Shown: one piece after another, positions 20,536-30,845 of the stretch | Numbering within the stretch: position 1 is the first letter of the stretch | How the letters are laid out: each line of letters starts with the position of its first letter | NCBI GenBank assembly: GCA_046583355.1 | Contig: JAYGCM010000025.1 | Location: 32,921-96,920, forward strand | Direction of reading: 5' to 3' | Origin: Deltaproteobacteria bacterium | GTDB lineage: Bacteria; Desulfobacterota; Binatia; UBA12015 | DNA: 64,000 bases | Notes under the pieces: generated by a model | The model's database searches: none | What the model saw: the letters and a program-made list of their open reading frames with translations, nothing else | Told to the model about the DNA's origin: nothing | Program-made: the position numbers and the translations under genes

Positions 20536-21366
20536 CTATATCTGCGCGTTGGCGTAGCGGTCGAGTAGAGGCAGGATTTCTTCGCTGCCCGCGGCGGGGA
20601 GCATGAAGATGGCGCGTGATACGCCGGCGTCGCGGCAGCGTGCCAATGAGTCGGGCTTGGCGGGTGCGGCAAAGAGCGTAACGGGCAGTTCCGCGCGGCC
20701 GGCATCGCGGCACATTTGGTGGAACTCCTTGATCTGCGTGGCCAGGGCTTTGCCCGGGTTGATCGGCATCCAGCCGTCGCCGTAACGCACGGCGCGGCGC
20801 GCCCCATGCGGGAAAGTTCCGCCGACGAGGACCGGCGGGTGGGGGGTCTGGACGGGCTTCGGCCAGGAGTAGATGGGGTCGAATTGGACCAGGTCGCCCT
20901 TGTATTCGGCTTTGCTTTTGGTCCAGATCTCTTTCATCGCTTCGATCCGCTCGCGCATCAGCTTCCAGCGTTGCTTGAAATCATCGACGCCGTGGTTGCC
21001 GGCCTCTTCTTCGTTCCAGCCGCCGCCCACGCCGAAGAGGAAGCGTCCGCCGGAGATCTGGTCCAGGCTAGCCACGCTTTTGGCCGTCTGGATCGGGTCG
21101 CGCTGGGGGATGAGACAGATTCCTGTCGCCAGCTTGAGCGTGGTCGTCACGGCGGCCGCGGCCGCGAGTGTGATGAAGGGATCCATCACGTCGTAGTACA
21201 TTTTAGGCAACTCGTCGCCGCCCGGAAAGGGCGTCGCCCGGCTGGTGGGGATATGGGAATGTTCGGCTACCCAGAGCGATTCGAAGCTGCGCTCTTCGGC
21301 GGCGCGTGCCAGCTCGACCGGGGAGATGGAAGAGTCGGTGAAGAAGATCGTGATGCCATAATCCAT
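20536..21366 (-). CDS. LLM-class F420-dependent oxidoreductase
   Basis: WVAEHSHIP, DPF, SGGRFLFGVGGGWN, WPKPVQ. Confidence 0.9.
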   Translation of the reverse strand: MDYGITIFFTDSSISPVELARAAEERSFESLWVAEHSHIPTSRATPFPGGDELPKMYYDVMDPFITLAAAAAVTTTLKLATGICLIPQRDPIQTAKSVASLDQISGGRFLFGVGGGWNEEEAGNHGVDDFKQRWKLMRERIEAMKEIWTKSKAEYKGDLVQFDPIYSWPKPVQTPHPPVLVGGTFPHGARRAVRYGDGWMPINPGKALATQIKEFHQMCRDAGRAELPVTLFAAPAKPDSLARCRDAGVSRAIFMLPAAGSEEILPLLDRYANAQI

Positions 21367-21435
21367 GCCGCGGGCATACCAGCGCTCGCCGCACGGAGCG
21401 AGGCGCCGCGGCGGGACAGGGCCGCACCTCCAGGA

Positions 21436-22095
21436 TCAGCCGATTGCGAGGATGCTGGCGGCGAGTACGAGCTGGCCCGCGAAATACAGCGGCAGTCCCC
21501 AGAGGCGGTTGGTGATCGACTTGGCGACGAATTGCTGGCGCGCCACGGCGAGGTCCGACACGTAGAAGAGCAGGGCGCCGATCAGCACGCTGGCAGCACC
21601 CGTCTCCGCATAGGCGCTGGCGGCAAAGAGAACCATGGCGGTGATGACGATCGTATAGGCCGCAACGGCGGCCCGCATGGGCCCTTCGACATGCGGCAGA
21701 AGCCAGCGCAGGGTGACGGCGGCGACCAATGCCAGGACGAGGGCGGCACCCAGGAGGGCTGGCATATTGAGGCCGAGTTGTCCGAAGGCGACGGCGTAGG
21801 CGAGGTGGCCCAGCAGGAAGGAGACCAGGCCGGCGAGAAGGGTCTTCTCCGAGTCGCGGGGGATCAGCAGCACATCGCCGACAAAGGAGAGCACGAGGCC
21901 GGTGAGGATCCACGCTCCGTAGCTGGTCTGAGGGGCCGAGACGGCCAGCGCGGCGCCGAGGAAGCCCAGTGCTGCGACGGGTTTGGTTAACCAGACTCCG
22001 CGAATTTCGTTGCGCGACTCAGCAATCAGAAGAGCGATGGTCGCCAGCACCGTGATGGTGACACAGGCGAGGAAAAGGGGCGGCAGCTCCGGCAT
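21436..22095 (-). CDS. Lysoplasmalogenase/YhhN-family membrane protein
   Basis: TKP, GDVLL, FLLGHLAY, FYVSD, LYFAGQ. Confidence 0.88.
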   Translation of the reverse strand: MPELPPLFLACVTITVLATIALLIAESRNEIRGVWLTKPVAALGFLGAALAVSAPQTSYGAWILTGLVLSFVGDVLLIPRDSEKTLLAGLVSFLLGHLAYAVAFGQLGLNMPALLGAALVLALVAAVTLRWLLPHVEGPMRAAVAAYTIVITAMVLFAASAYAETGAASVLIGALLFYVSDLAVARQQFVAKSITNRLWGLPLYFAGQLVLAASILAIG

Positions 22096-22319
22096 GGAGT
22101 TGCCTACCATAGAGAACCATCGAGGCCGAAGCCGGCGTCGTCGCTTGCCGCAAAGTCCCGATCGCGGCATTGCTCTGCCCCGATCCCTTGATCGAGTTCG
22201 GCCCCAATGCTGCCCCGTTCGGGGCCTCCAGGGGCCGCACGACCGCACTTTTCTTGCACAATGGTGATTGGCGGCGTACTTTTGGAAGCCGGATTTGCGT
22301 AATAGAGGAGGAGTCAACG

Positions 22320-22724
22320 ATGAGTAAATTTCCGTTTCTGAGCGATGGCTGGCTGGATGCCGTGATTGCCTTGCAAGGGGAGTACGGAGGCCAGTTGCCG
22401 CCCGCTTCCATCAAGATGAAAATGAACCAGATTGTGAACGGCATGCCCTTCGGTGACGCCACGCTTCATTTCCATCTGGACTCCAGCACCGGGGAGGGGC
22501 GTCTGGGCAAGGGGCATGTCGAGGTTGCCGACGTGACGGTCACGACGGATTACGAAACCGCCCGCGCCCTGGTGGTCGAGCCGGACCAGGCCGCAGCGAT
22601 GCAGGCCTTTATGTCGGGGCGCATCAAGGTCGCCGGAGATATGACCAAGATCATGACCCCGCAGCCGCCCAAGAATGATGCGCAGAAGGAACTCGACCAG
22701 AAGATCCAGGACCTGACCGAATAG
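22320..22724 (+). CDS. SCP2 sterol-binding domain protein
   Basis: FLSDGW, AFMSGRIKVAGD; GAGGAG RBS. Confidence 0.88.
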   Translation: MSKFPFLSDGWLDAVIALQGEYGGQLPPASIKMKMNQIVNGMPFGDATLHFHLDSSTGEGRLGKGHVEVADVTVTTDYETARALVVEPDQAAAMQAFMSGRIKVAGDMTKIMTPQPPKNDAQKELDQKIQDLTE

Positions 22725-22732
22725 CCTGACGG

Positions 22733-24037
22733 CTATTCGGCGAAATCGCGGCCCTTGGCGCGCGCGACCTCGCGTGCGCTCGGGTTGACCGAGGCGCGGA
22801 AGGGGACCTCGGCGACCTCGGCGGCGACCGGCACGGCGCTGGTCTCTGCGTATTCGTCGGGGAGCGCGACCTGCAGGGCCGTACCGACGGCCGCATGAGC
22901 GACCGGCACCCAGCCGAGCGCGATATTCGTCGCCAGCTCGGGCGACCACCAGGGCGAGGTCACATAGCCGATCGGCTCACCTCCGGGTGTGGCGATCAAC
23001 CAGAAATCGGGCGCGTAATCGTCGATCTCCTTGCCGCCCAGGCGGAGTCCGACCATCTTCATTTTGAAGGGAAAGGCGCCGCCGTCGATGATGCCGCGCT
23101 GGCGCTCCAATTCGGCCTTGCCGATATAATCCGCTTCTTTGTTGCGCGGAACCTGGTAGCCGAGGTTCACCTGGAAGGGTGAGTTCTCAAGGTCCATATC
23201 CTGTCCCCAGGACAGAATCCCGGCCGCGATACGGCGATGGTGGGCCGGTGCGATTACCTGCAGGCCGAACTCCGTGCCGGCGGCGAGCACGGCATTCCAG
23301 ACCGTCTCGGCATGTTCATGGGCATCCTTCACGTAGATCTCGTAGCCCTTCTCGCCGGTGAACCCGCTTTGGCTGATCAGGACCTCGGCGCCTTCGACGC
23401 GGGCATTCATCAGCCCGTAGTAGGGGATCTCTCGAACTTCCTCGCCGACGAGTTTCGCCATCAGGTCGATCGAGAGCGGACCCTGAATCTGCACGGGACA
23501 GACGTCGATCTCGTCGATTGTGACATCGTAGCGGCAAGAGATATTGACCCCCTGCAACCAGAGCATCACGTCGCTATCCGAGATCGAGAACCAGAATTCA
23601 TCGGCCGCGGGACGCAAGAGTACAGGGTCGTTCAGGATACCGCCCTTGGCGTTGCAGAGAATGCAATATTTGCCATTCATCGGCTTGATCTTCGTCGCAT
23701 CTCTGGTAATTACATAATTGACGAAGGCCTCGGCGTCGGGGCCCTGGATACGGATCTGTCGCTCGACTGCGACGTTCCACATGGTGACGCGGTTCACCAG
23801 GGCGTCGTATTCCGCCATCGCGCCGCCGTCTTCGCGGCGCACGTAGCCGCGCGGGTGGTACATGCGGTTGTAGGTGGTCGCCCGCCAGCAGCCGGCTTCG
23901 ATCGAAAGTGCCCAGAAAGGGGATTTGCGGATGCGCGTCGAGATCAGCATCTCGACCGGCGTACGCCCGCTCTGGCGCAGGTTGTAGGGAACTAGGCGAT
24001 CGCTCTGGTCGACACTCGGAAAGTTGGGATGTTTCAT
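22733..24037 (-). CDS. GcvT/DmdA-like THF-dependent aminomethyltransferase
   Basis: GGILND, SGFTGEKGYE, RIAAGILSWG; C-terminal barrel. Confidence 0.88.
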   Translation of the reverse strand: MKHPNFPSVDQSDRLVPYNLRQSGRTPVEMLISTRIRKSPFWALSIEAGCWRATTYNRMYHPRGYVRREDGGAMAEYDALVNRVTMWNVAVERQIRIQGPDAEAFVNYVITRDATKIKPMNGKYCILCNAKGGILNDPVLLRPAADEFWFSISDSDVMLWLQGVNISCRYDVTIDEIDVCPVQIQGPLSIDLMAKLVGEEVREIPYYGLMNARVEGAEVLISQSGFTGEKGYEIYVKDAHEHAETVWNAVLAAGTEFGLQVIAPAHHRRIAAGILSWGQDMDLENSPFQVNLGYQVPRNKEADYIGKAELERQRGIIDGGAFPFKMKMVGLRLGGKEIDDYAPDFWLIATPGGEPIGYVTSPWWSPELATNIALGWVPVAHAAVGTALQVALPDEYAETSAVPVAAEVAEVPFRASVNPSAREVARAKGRDFAE

Positions 24038-24056
24038 TCTGTTTCCTGGGCGGGCT

Positions 24057-26654
24057 TCATTGGCGAACCCGCCGGTTTTCGGGGTCGTAGAGCGACCCGC
24101 GGCCAGCGATGCGGACGGTCATCGGGTAGAGCCCATCGCCGTCCTCGTTGAAGTATTCGAAGAGAAGTTTCTCGCCGACCCGGGCCTGGGCCGGGGGCAG
24201 GTAGCCCATGACGATATGACGACCGATGGACGGACCGTACGCGGTACTGGTCGCGTAGGAACGCCGGCCCCGGGCGTCTACCAGGACCTCGTTTGTTCCG
24301 GGATCGAGGATGGGGCCGATTCCGGTGGGGAAGCGATCCGGGCCGCCATGCGGTGCCTGCGAGTCGAGCGTCATCGTGCATAGGAGTGCCGTCGGCGCCT
24401 CCTCGCGGTGGCGCAGATGCGCCGTTTTGCCGATGAAATCCGCTGCCTTCACCGCCGGCCGCTGCACGGCGGATTCGCAGGCATTGTACTCGGTCTCGAG
24501 GTCGGCACCTTGCAGGCGGAAGCTCTTCTCCAGCCGGCGGCTGTTGGCGTAGGTCTCGATGCCAACCGGCACGACACCGGCTTCCAACAAGGCGTCGAAG
24601 AGCGCCAGCCCGCAATCGGGTTGGTTGGGCAGGTAGAGTTCCCAGCCGCTCTCGCCGACGTACGAGATACGCACGGCCCATACCGGCAGCTTGCGTCCCC
24701 CCGGCAGGTCGAGTGTGAGGTTGCGGGCGGTTGCGAAGGGAAAGGCTGCATCGGCAAGCGTTGCCGGGTCAGCGAAGCGGCGCAGGAACTGGCGCGCTTG
24801 CGGTCCCCACAGCCCCAATGTCGCCAGGTCATGGGTGCGGATCCGAATCTTCGCATCCAGTGCCTCGTCGTCGCGGTGGTTGCGGATCGTCATCCAATCG
24901 CGGTTGCCGTCGGCGCCGCCGGTGATCACGCGGAAGCGATCTTTGCCGAGGCGGCAGATCGTCAGGTCGGCATGCACCGTGCCTTGCGGGGTCAGGAAAT
25001 TGGTATAGACGGCGCGACCTTCCGGAGTATCGCCACCGATCTTGCCGACCGAGAGACTCTCGAGCAGTCGCTCGGCGTCGCGGCCCTCGATGTCGAAGAT
25101 CGCGAAATGCGAGAGGTTGATCATTCCGGCCGTATCACTCATGGCGAGCTGCTCGGCGCCGGCGAGTTGGTAGGGGATATGGCGCCCATCCCACTCGTTT
25201 TCGCGCCGGGGTACGCGCCCGATGTAGTCGCCGAGGCGCTCCCGGTTGCTCTCGTAGGCCAGCGCGCGTTCCCAGCCGCCGATCTCGTTTGCGAAATGCC
25301 CGTCCAGTTCCTTCTCCCGCTGGTGGAAGGGGCTGAGATAGATGTCGCGCCCGCTGAGGAAGGGCTCGCGTGGATGGACCGGCGGGGTGTAGATCGATTG
25401 GGCGTTCTCGAAGACGCGGCCGCGCACGAACTCCTTTTCCTTCTGCACCGGATAGAAGCGCGCGATATCGAAGGAGTGCATATCCATCTGGGCGTGGCCG
25501 GTGGCCATCCACTCGGCGCAGAGCCGTGCGGCGCCCGGGCCGTCCTTGACCCAGACGGCTTCGCAAAGCCAGAATCCGCGCACCTCGGGGCTCTCGCCGA
25601 TCAGCGAGGCGCCGTCGGCCGTGACCGAGAGCAAGCCGTTGAACGAACTGCGCTCGTCCCAGCCGAGTTCGCCGAGAATGGGCACGGTATCTGCGGCCTT
25701 CGCAAGCGCTTCGCCGACCTCCTCCAGAGCGAGGTGGCGCATCGAGGGCGAGGTCATCGTCTTGTCGGGGTTGCCGATATCGAGGGGGTCGACGAGGCGC
25801 GGGTTCTTCTCCTCGTAATAGCCCCATTCGAGCATGCCGCCATCGATGCGACCGGTGTCGCGCACATACGCCGAGTTGCCCTGGTCGCGGAAGAGGGGAT
25901 GTACGATGAACTCCTCGGTGCCCTGGATGCTCGGCAGCGGACCGAAGAAGAGCAGGGGATGCTCGACCGGCCACAGCGGCACGGGCACATCGACCATATC
26001 GCCGAGGAGCGGTCCCCAGATTCCCGAGGTGAGCACAACCTTCGGCGTCCGGATGATTCCGCGGTCGGTATGGACGCCCGTGACGCGCCCCTTCTCGACG
26101 ACAAAGCCGGTCGCCGGAGTATTCGTGAAGGTCTGCAGCGCGCCGACGGCCTGTGCCCGGCCGATGACCTCGCTCACCACATCGAGCGAGCGCGGTGTCA
26201 CGAGGCCGGCATCGGGATCCCACATCGCACCGCGGATGGAGTCTTCGTCGAGGAGGGGGAATTTCCTCTTTGCGGCGGCGGCGTCGATCAGGCTCACGTT
26301 GGTGCCGAAGGCACGCCCGGACGCGACCTTGCGCTTGAGTTCCTCCCAGCGTGCATCGTCGCCCTTGCGGCAAACCTCGAGGCCGCCGCGCCGGGTGAAG
26401 AAGCCGTTGTCCTCGTAGAAGCGGCGGCTGAAGGCCGTCGTCCAATTACTCAGCTTGTCATGTGCTGTATTGAAGATGAAATCCGAGGCATGCGAGGTCG
26501 ATGAGATATCGGAGGGAATCGAGCCCGCCTTCTCCAGGCCGACGATATTGCGCACGCCGAGCTCGGCGAGCCAGAAGGCGAGCATCGAGCCGACAATTCC
26601 GCCGACGCCGACAATGACGACGTCTGCTTCACTGGGAAATTCCGTGGATGGCAA
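24057..26654 (-). CDS. Dimethylglycine oxidase/dehydrogenase-like FAD oxidoreductase with GcvT domain
   Basis: VGVGGIVG, STSHAS, EAVWV, ISYVGESGWE, RLEK. Confidence 0.88.
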   Translation of the reverse strand: MPSTEFPSEADVVIVGVGGIVGSMLAFWLAELGVRNIVGLEKAGSIPSDISSTSHASDFIFNTAHDKLSNWTTAFSRRFYEDNGFFTRRGGLEVCRKGDDARWEELKRKVASGRAFGTNVSLIDAAAAKRKFPLLDEDSIRGAMWDPDAGLVTPRSLDVVSEVIGRAQAVGALQTFTNTPATGFVVEKGRVTGVHTDRGIIRTPKVVLTSGIWGPLLGDMVDVPVPLWPVEHPLLFFGPLPSIQGTEEFIVHPLFRDQGNSAYVRDTGRIDGGMLEWGYYEEKNPRLVDPLDIGNPDKTMTSPSMRHLALEEVGEALAKAADTVPILGELGWDERSSFNGLLSVTADGASLIGESPEVRGFWLCEAVWVKDGPGAARLCAEWMATGHAQMDMHSFDIARFYPVQKEKEFVRGRVFENAQSIYTPPVHPREPFLSGRDIYLSPFHQREKELDGHFANEIGGWERALAYESNRERLGDYIGRVPRRENEWDGRHIPYQLAGAEQLAMSDTAGMINLSHFAIFDIEGRDAERLLESLSVGKIGGDTPEGRAVYTNFLTPQGTVHADLTICRLGKDRFRVITGGADGNRDWMTIRNHRDDEALDAKIRIRTHDLATLGLWGPQARQFLRRFADPATLADAAFPFATARNLTLDLPGGRKLPVWAVRISYVGESGWELYLPNQPDCGLALFDALLEAGVVPVGIETYANSRRLEKSFRLQGADLETEYNACESAVQRPAVKAADFIGKTAHLRHREEAPTALLCTMTLDSQAPHGGPDRFPTGIGPILDPGTNEVLVDARGRRSYATSTAYGPSIGRHIVMGYLPPAQARVGEKLLFEYFNEDGDGLYPMTVRIAGRGSLYDPENRRVRQ

Positions 26655-26819
26655 GATGGTTCTCCTCGCGCGGCAAGGGGGCAGCCGCTCTTCCTCGGTG
26701 GTGATTAACTATACCGTCCGGACTGTCAAGTGGGAGGAGCGTTTTCGGCATCGGGCCGTCCGGCGTTGCGCCGAAGCGCCTACCTCTGGCAAGCTCAGGG
26801 TGTGGAACCGAAGCACCCG

Positions 26820-27599
26820 ATGAAGCGATTTTCCCCGAGTCCCCGGCGCCTGAGCTCGCATCGGGTGCCGGCGTGGCTGGCCGGACCTTTCATGCTGATC
26901 GCAGCGCTGGCGACTCCTCTGCAGGCATGGGCGGCGGAATCGCTGGCGGCGACGCCTGCCGGCAGCGAGATACTGGCTCGGATCTACGCCAATGCCTCGG
27001 TGGCGGAGTTGCTGTTTCCGGGGCATTCCAGCCGCCGCGAGATCGTTCGGCGCGACTACGACACCGATGATGGCGCCTTGCGTTCGACCTATGTGGTCGA
27101 GGCCGATGTATGGGGCTGGCTTGGCGAGGCAGATCGGATGAAGGTCCTGAAATGCGAACGCAACGGCAAGGCGGTCGATCTCTCCGATTGTGAGCCGAAG
27201 CTCGAGGGCGATCCGCTCTACCCGATGTTCGGTGAGAGTGGGCGCGATCATTACCAGCTTGAGTTTGTCAGGGAGGTCGAGCGCAACGACGTCGCCAGCT
27301 ATCAGGTGCGCGTGGTCCCGAAGCAGGAGACCGCCCGTCATTTCAAGGGGGATCTTTTCTTCCGCAAGGATACCCTCTCCTTGCTCAGTGTTGAGGGTGG
27401 CCTCGCGGATCATCCCTTCGGTTTGCAGAAGTTCCAGCTGCGCCTCGACTTCAAAGACAAGGACGGCCGCAGCCTGCTCGTCTCGGGAACGTCTGATGCG
27501 ACCCTTTATGTGCTGTTTCTGGTCGACACCCGCATTGTCACCGAATTCGAGGCCTCGCGGCAACGTCTTCTGGCACCTGACGAGAAGCCCGCAGGCTGA
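26820..27599 (+). CDS. Exported hypothetical protein, beta-rich
   Basis: Signal-like segment ending QAWA; coding-like codon usage; no family recognised. Confidence 0.7.
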   Translation: MKRFSPSPRRLSSHRVPAWLAGPFMLIAALATPLQAWAAESLAATPAGSEILARIYANASVAELLFPGHSSRREIVRRDYDTDDGALRSTYVVEADVWGWLGEADRMKVLKCERNGKAVDLSDCEPKLEGDPLYPMFGESGRDHYQLEFVREVERNDVASYQVRVVPKQETARHFKGDLFFRKDTLSLLSVEGGLADHPFGLQKFQLRLDFKDKDGRSLLVSGTSDATLYVLFLVDTRIVTEFEASRQRLLAPDEKPAG

Positions 27600-27650
27600 G
27601 GCCGGAGGCGGTCGCTGATTGTCGCCTGATGTGGATCGCGCGCCGGTTTT

Positions 27651-28820
27651 TCAGTTCACGCGCTCGAGGATGCTGGCGTAATTTGCCACAGCGGCACCGC
27701 CCATATTGAAGACGCCCGCGAGATTCGCATTCTGTACTTGCAGAGCGCCGGCGTCGCCGCAGAGCTGCATGGCGGCCATGATATGCATGGAGACGCCGGT
27801 GGCGCCGATTGGATGGCCCTTGGCCTTCAGGCCACCGGAGGGGTTGATCGGCAGGTGGCCGCCGATTTCGGTTTGTCCCTCTGCGATGAGCGCGCCTGCC
27901 TGGCCGGGTGCCGCCAGCCCCATGGCTTCCATTTCGATCAGCTCGGCGATGGTGAAGCAGTCGTGGGTCTCGACCAGCGAGAGGTCGTCGATCGTGGTGC
28001 CGGCCGCGGCGTGGGCCTGGGACCAGGCTTCGCGGCAGCCCTCGAAGAGGATGATGTCGCGGCGGCTCATGGGGAGAAAATCCTGTACATGGACGGCCGC
28101 GCGGAAGCCGACTTGCCGGCTTTTGCCGGCGGCGGCCGCGGGTGATTGCAGCACGAGGGCGGCGGCACCGTCGGAGACCGGCGAGCAATCGGTTCGTTTC
28201 AGCGGACCGGCGACGAATGGATTTTTATCCGACGGGTTCAGGCAAAACTCGTAGGGCAGTTCTTTGCGGAAATGCGCCAGGGGATTCTTTGCGCCGTTCT
28301 TGTGGCCCTTGGTCGCGATACGCGCGAGAGCCTCGGTCTGGTCACCGAAGCGCTCGAAGTACATCGACGCGATCCGGCCGAAGACACCTGCAAAACCTCC
28401 GGGGATATCGGCCTCTTCCTTCACGTAGCTGGCGCGCAGCAGAATCTCGCCCACTTCGCGGCCTGAGACGCCCGACATCTTCTCGAAGCCGACGACCAGG
28501 ACGGTCTCGGCACTGCCCGCGGCGATCGCCTGCAGGCCCTGATGGACGGCGGCCGATCCGGTCGCACATGCATTCTCGACCCGCGTGGTCGGCTTGAAGC
28601 GTAAATCCGGGTCGGCCTGCAGGACCAGGGAGCTGGGAAAACCCTGTGGGCTGAAGCCCTCGTTGAACTGGCCGACGTAAATTGCGTCGACCTCGGCCGC
28701 ACCAATCCCCGCGTCGGCGAGCGCGCCGCGCACCGCTTGCACGGCGAGTTCTTCGACATCTTCTTCGTGCTTGCCGAAAGGTAAATGGTGCCAACCGACG
28801 ATTCGTCCGGAGAAATCCAT
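27651..28820 (-). CDS. Thiolase/acetyl-CoA acetyltransferase (SCP-x-like)
   Basis: ENACATGS, ETHDCF, NPSGGLKAKGHPIGATG. Confidence 0.92.
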   Translation of the reverse strand: MDFSGRIVGWHHLPFGKHEEDVEELAVQAVRGALADAGIGAAEVDAIYVGQFNEGFSPQGFPSSLVLQADPDLRFKPTTRVENACATGSAAVHQGLQAIAAGSAETVLVVGFEKMSGVSGREVGEILLRASYVKEEADIPGGFAGVFGRIASMYFERFGDQTEALARIATKGHKNGAKNPLAHFRKELPYEFCLNPSDKNPFVAGPLKRTDCSPVSDGAAALVLQSPAAAAGKSRQVGFRAAVHVQDFLPMSRRDIILFEGCREAWSQAHAAAGTTIDDLSLVETHDCFTIAELIEMEAMGLAAPGQAGALIAEGQTEIGGHLPINPSGGLKAKGHPIGATGVSMHIMAAMQLCGDAGALQVQNANLAGVFNMGGAAVANYASILERVN

Positions 28821-28874
28821 GTCCGAGCTTAGGCCAGGCCACCGCTACCTTCCAGCCGCGTGCGCGCGCGGGGT

Positions 28875-29735
28875 TCAGGCGGCAGCTACGATGCGTGCGC
28901 CGGATGCAATGCGGCGCGCCTCCTCGGCCAGCGCACCGATGCGCTCGTCGAGAAGATGATTGGCGATGGTGGCGGCGTCGCCGATGCGGGCGAGTTCGCC
29001 GGCCGTAGCGGGCTCACCGAAGACCCAGCGGATCGGCGGCGCCTCGGCACCCAGCCGGGGACTCAATTTGCGCCGAACTTCGAGTGCGAAATCGTTGGAG
29101 AGTCCCTGCATGAATAGGGGAACGATCAAGGTCTCGGGGTGGGCCTGCTGGATCATCTGACCGATGCCGGGGCGCGCCGGGAGCAGGGAGTAGGGGTCGT
29201 CATTCTTGTTGCGCGCGCCTTCGGGGTGCATGCCGACGCAGGTGCCGGGTTCTTCGAGAGCTTCGAGGATCTGGCGGATGCCGATCGGGTTCAAGGCACT
29301 ACGGCGCTCGTCACGAAAGACCGGTGGCCACATCGAGAAGCCGGAGAAGAGTCCGCAGACCACCGGGCCGAGAGGGTTGGTGTAGAAGAAGGGCGCGCGC
29401 ACCGGGAAGAGGAGATTGCGGTACATGCCATGCTCGATGAAGAGCACCGAGAGGGTCACGAACATATCGAAAAGCGAGCGGTGGTTCGCGACCAGGATCG
29501 TTCCGCGCTTCGGTGTGACTGCTTGGACGCGCTCCAGGTGGTGTAATTCCCAGCGATATTTTGTGACCCAGCGCACGAAGGGGCCGGCCACTCCCCTCTG
29601 CCATGCAGCGACCTGCTTGCGTCCTGCGGGCGTCTGATTCATCGCTTCATTCAGGCGCACCAAGGGGCCTTCGAGCCCGTGCAAAGCCTCCTGCGGCATG
29701 CGCGTACGTGCCTGATTTTTATTTCGCTCTGCCAT
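28875..29735 (-). CDS. Lysophospholipid acyltransferase (PlsC family)
   Basis: NHRSLFD and HPEGAR. Confidence 0.88.
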   Translation of the reverse strand: MAERNKNQARTRMPQEALHGLEGPLVRLNEAMNQTPAGRKQVAAWQRGVAGPFVRWVTKYRWELHHLERVQAVTPKRGTILVANHRSLFDMFVTLSVLFIEHGMYRNLLFPVRAPFFYTNPLGPVVCGLFSGFSMWPPVFRDERRSALNPIGIRQILEALEEPGTCVGMHPEGARNKNDDPYSLLPARPGIGQMIQQAHPETLIVPLFMQGLSNDFALEVRRKLSPRLGAEAPPIRWVFGEPATAGELARIGDAATIANHLLDERIGALAEEARRIASGARIVAAA

Positions 29736-29848
29736 GAGATCCCGCCGCTTGTCTGCCCTGCCTATACCGAGCGAGAACGCGCCCGAAAAGCCGCCCGGCC
29801 AGGAACCACGAAGCTGGCGTTTCCTGCGGACGGAGCCTAAGCCCGGGG

Positions 29849-30739
29849 ATGGCTGTCTCGAAGGAATACGAAGACCTGCTGGCTCTACTTGAGCCGGGGC
29901 TCGCGAACCCGGCCGATTCTGTGGCGGAGGTTCGTGCGAAGATGGCGGCGCTGCACGGCCACCCGGTCGGTGAAGATATGGTCATCGAGGGGGTAGACCT
30001 ACTCGGTGTGCCGGCGGCGAAGATCGCCACGCCGGAAGCGCTCGCCTCCGATACGCTGGTGCTGCAATTCCACGGGGGCGCCTTCGTTTCCTGCGATCTC
30101 TCGGATTATCTATTCTACGGAGAGAAAATCAGCCGGGCCTGTGCGCGACCGGTACTCGAGATCGGCTATCGTCTGGCGCCGGAATATCCGTGTCCGGCGC
30201 CGGTCAAGGATTGCGCGCAGGCATACCGCGGCCTGCTATCGCACGGGATCGACCCTGCGAAAATCGCGTTGATCGGCGACTCCTGCGGCGGTGGTCTGGT
30301 GGTCGCAACTTTGGTGATGCTGCGCGATGCCGGCGAGCCTCTGCCGGCTTGCGCCGTGACTCTGAGCGGCTGGTTCGATCTCGAAGCGACGGGCGAGGCC
30401 GCCGTCCATCCGGTCGGCAAGGACCCCTTCCTCGACGCGGCCTGGCTGCGCGCCCGCGGCCGCGACTATGTCGGCCCGGACGGCGACCTTCGGGCACCGC
30501 TGGCCTCGCCTCTCTATGCGGACCTGCACGGGCTACCACCGCTTTTGCTTCAGGCCGGCAGTATCGATCGAACTCGCGACGATTCCGTTCGGCTTGCCGA
30601 ACGCGCGCGCGCGGCCGGTGTGACGGTCGAACTTGAGATCAGCGAAGATATGATTCACGGATGGCATGGCCTGCCGGTGCCGGAGGCGGACGCAGCACTC
30701 GAGCGTGTGGCCGACTTCCTCGCAAAATATTTGGACTGA
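29849..30739 (+). CDS. HSL-family alpha/beta hydrolase
   Basis: HGGAF, YRLAPE, GDSCGG, HGW. Confidence 0.9.
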   Translation: MAVSKEYEDLLALLEPGLANPADSVAEVRAKMAALHGHPVGEDMVIEGVDLLGVPAAKIATPEALASDTLVLQFHGGAFVSCDLSDYLFYGEKISRACARPVLEIGYRLAPEYPCPAPVKDCAQAYRGLLSHGIDPAKIALIGDSCGGGLVVATLVMLRDAGEPLPACAVTLSGWFDLEATGEAAVHPVGKDPFLDAAWLRARGRDYVGPDGDLRAPLASPLYADLHGLPPLLLQAGSIDRTRDDSVRLAERARAAGVTVELEISEDMIHGWHGLPVPEADAALERVADFLAKYLD

Positions 30740-30845
30740 AGGGCACGGGCCTTGCGGCTGGCGATACCGTCGGCCGGGACGGTAGAGCAAGCGCAGAGCA
30801 CGCACCGGGCCTCGGTCGTAGCGGAAGATGAATCAAGGAGAAATC

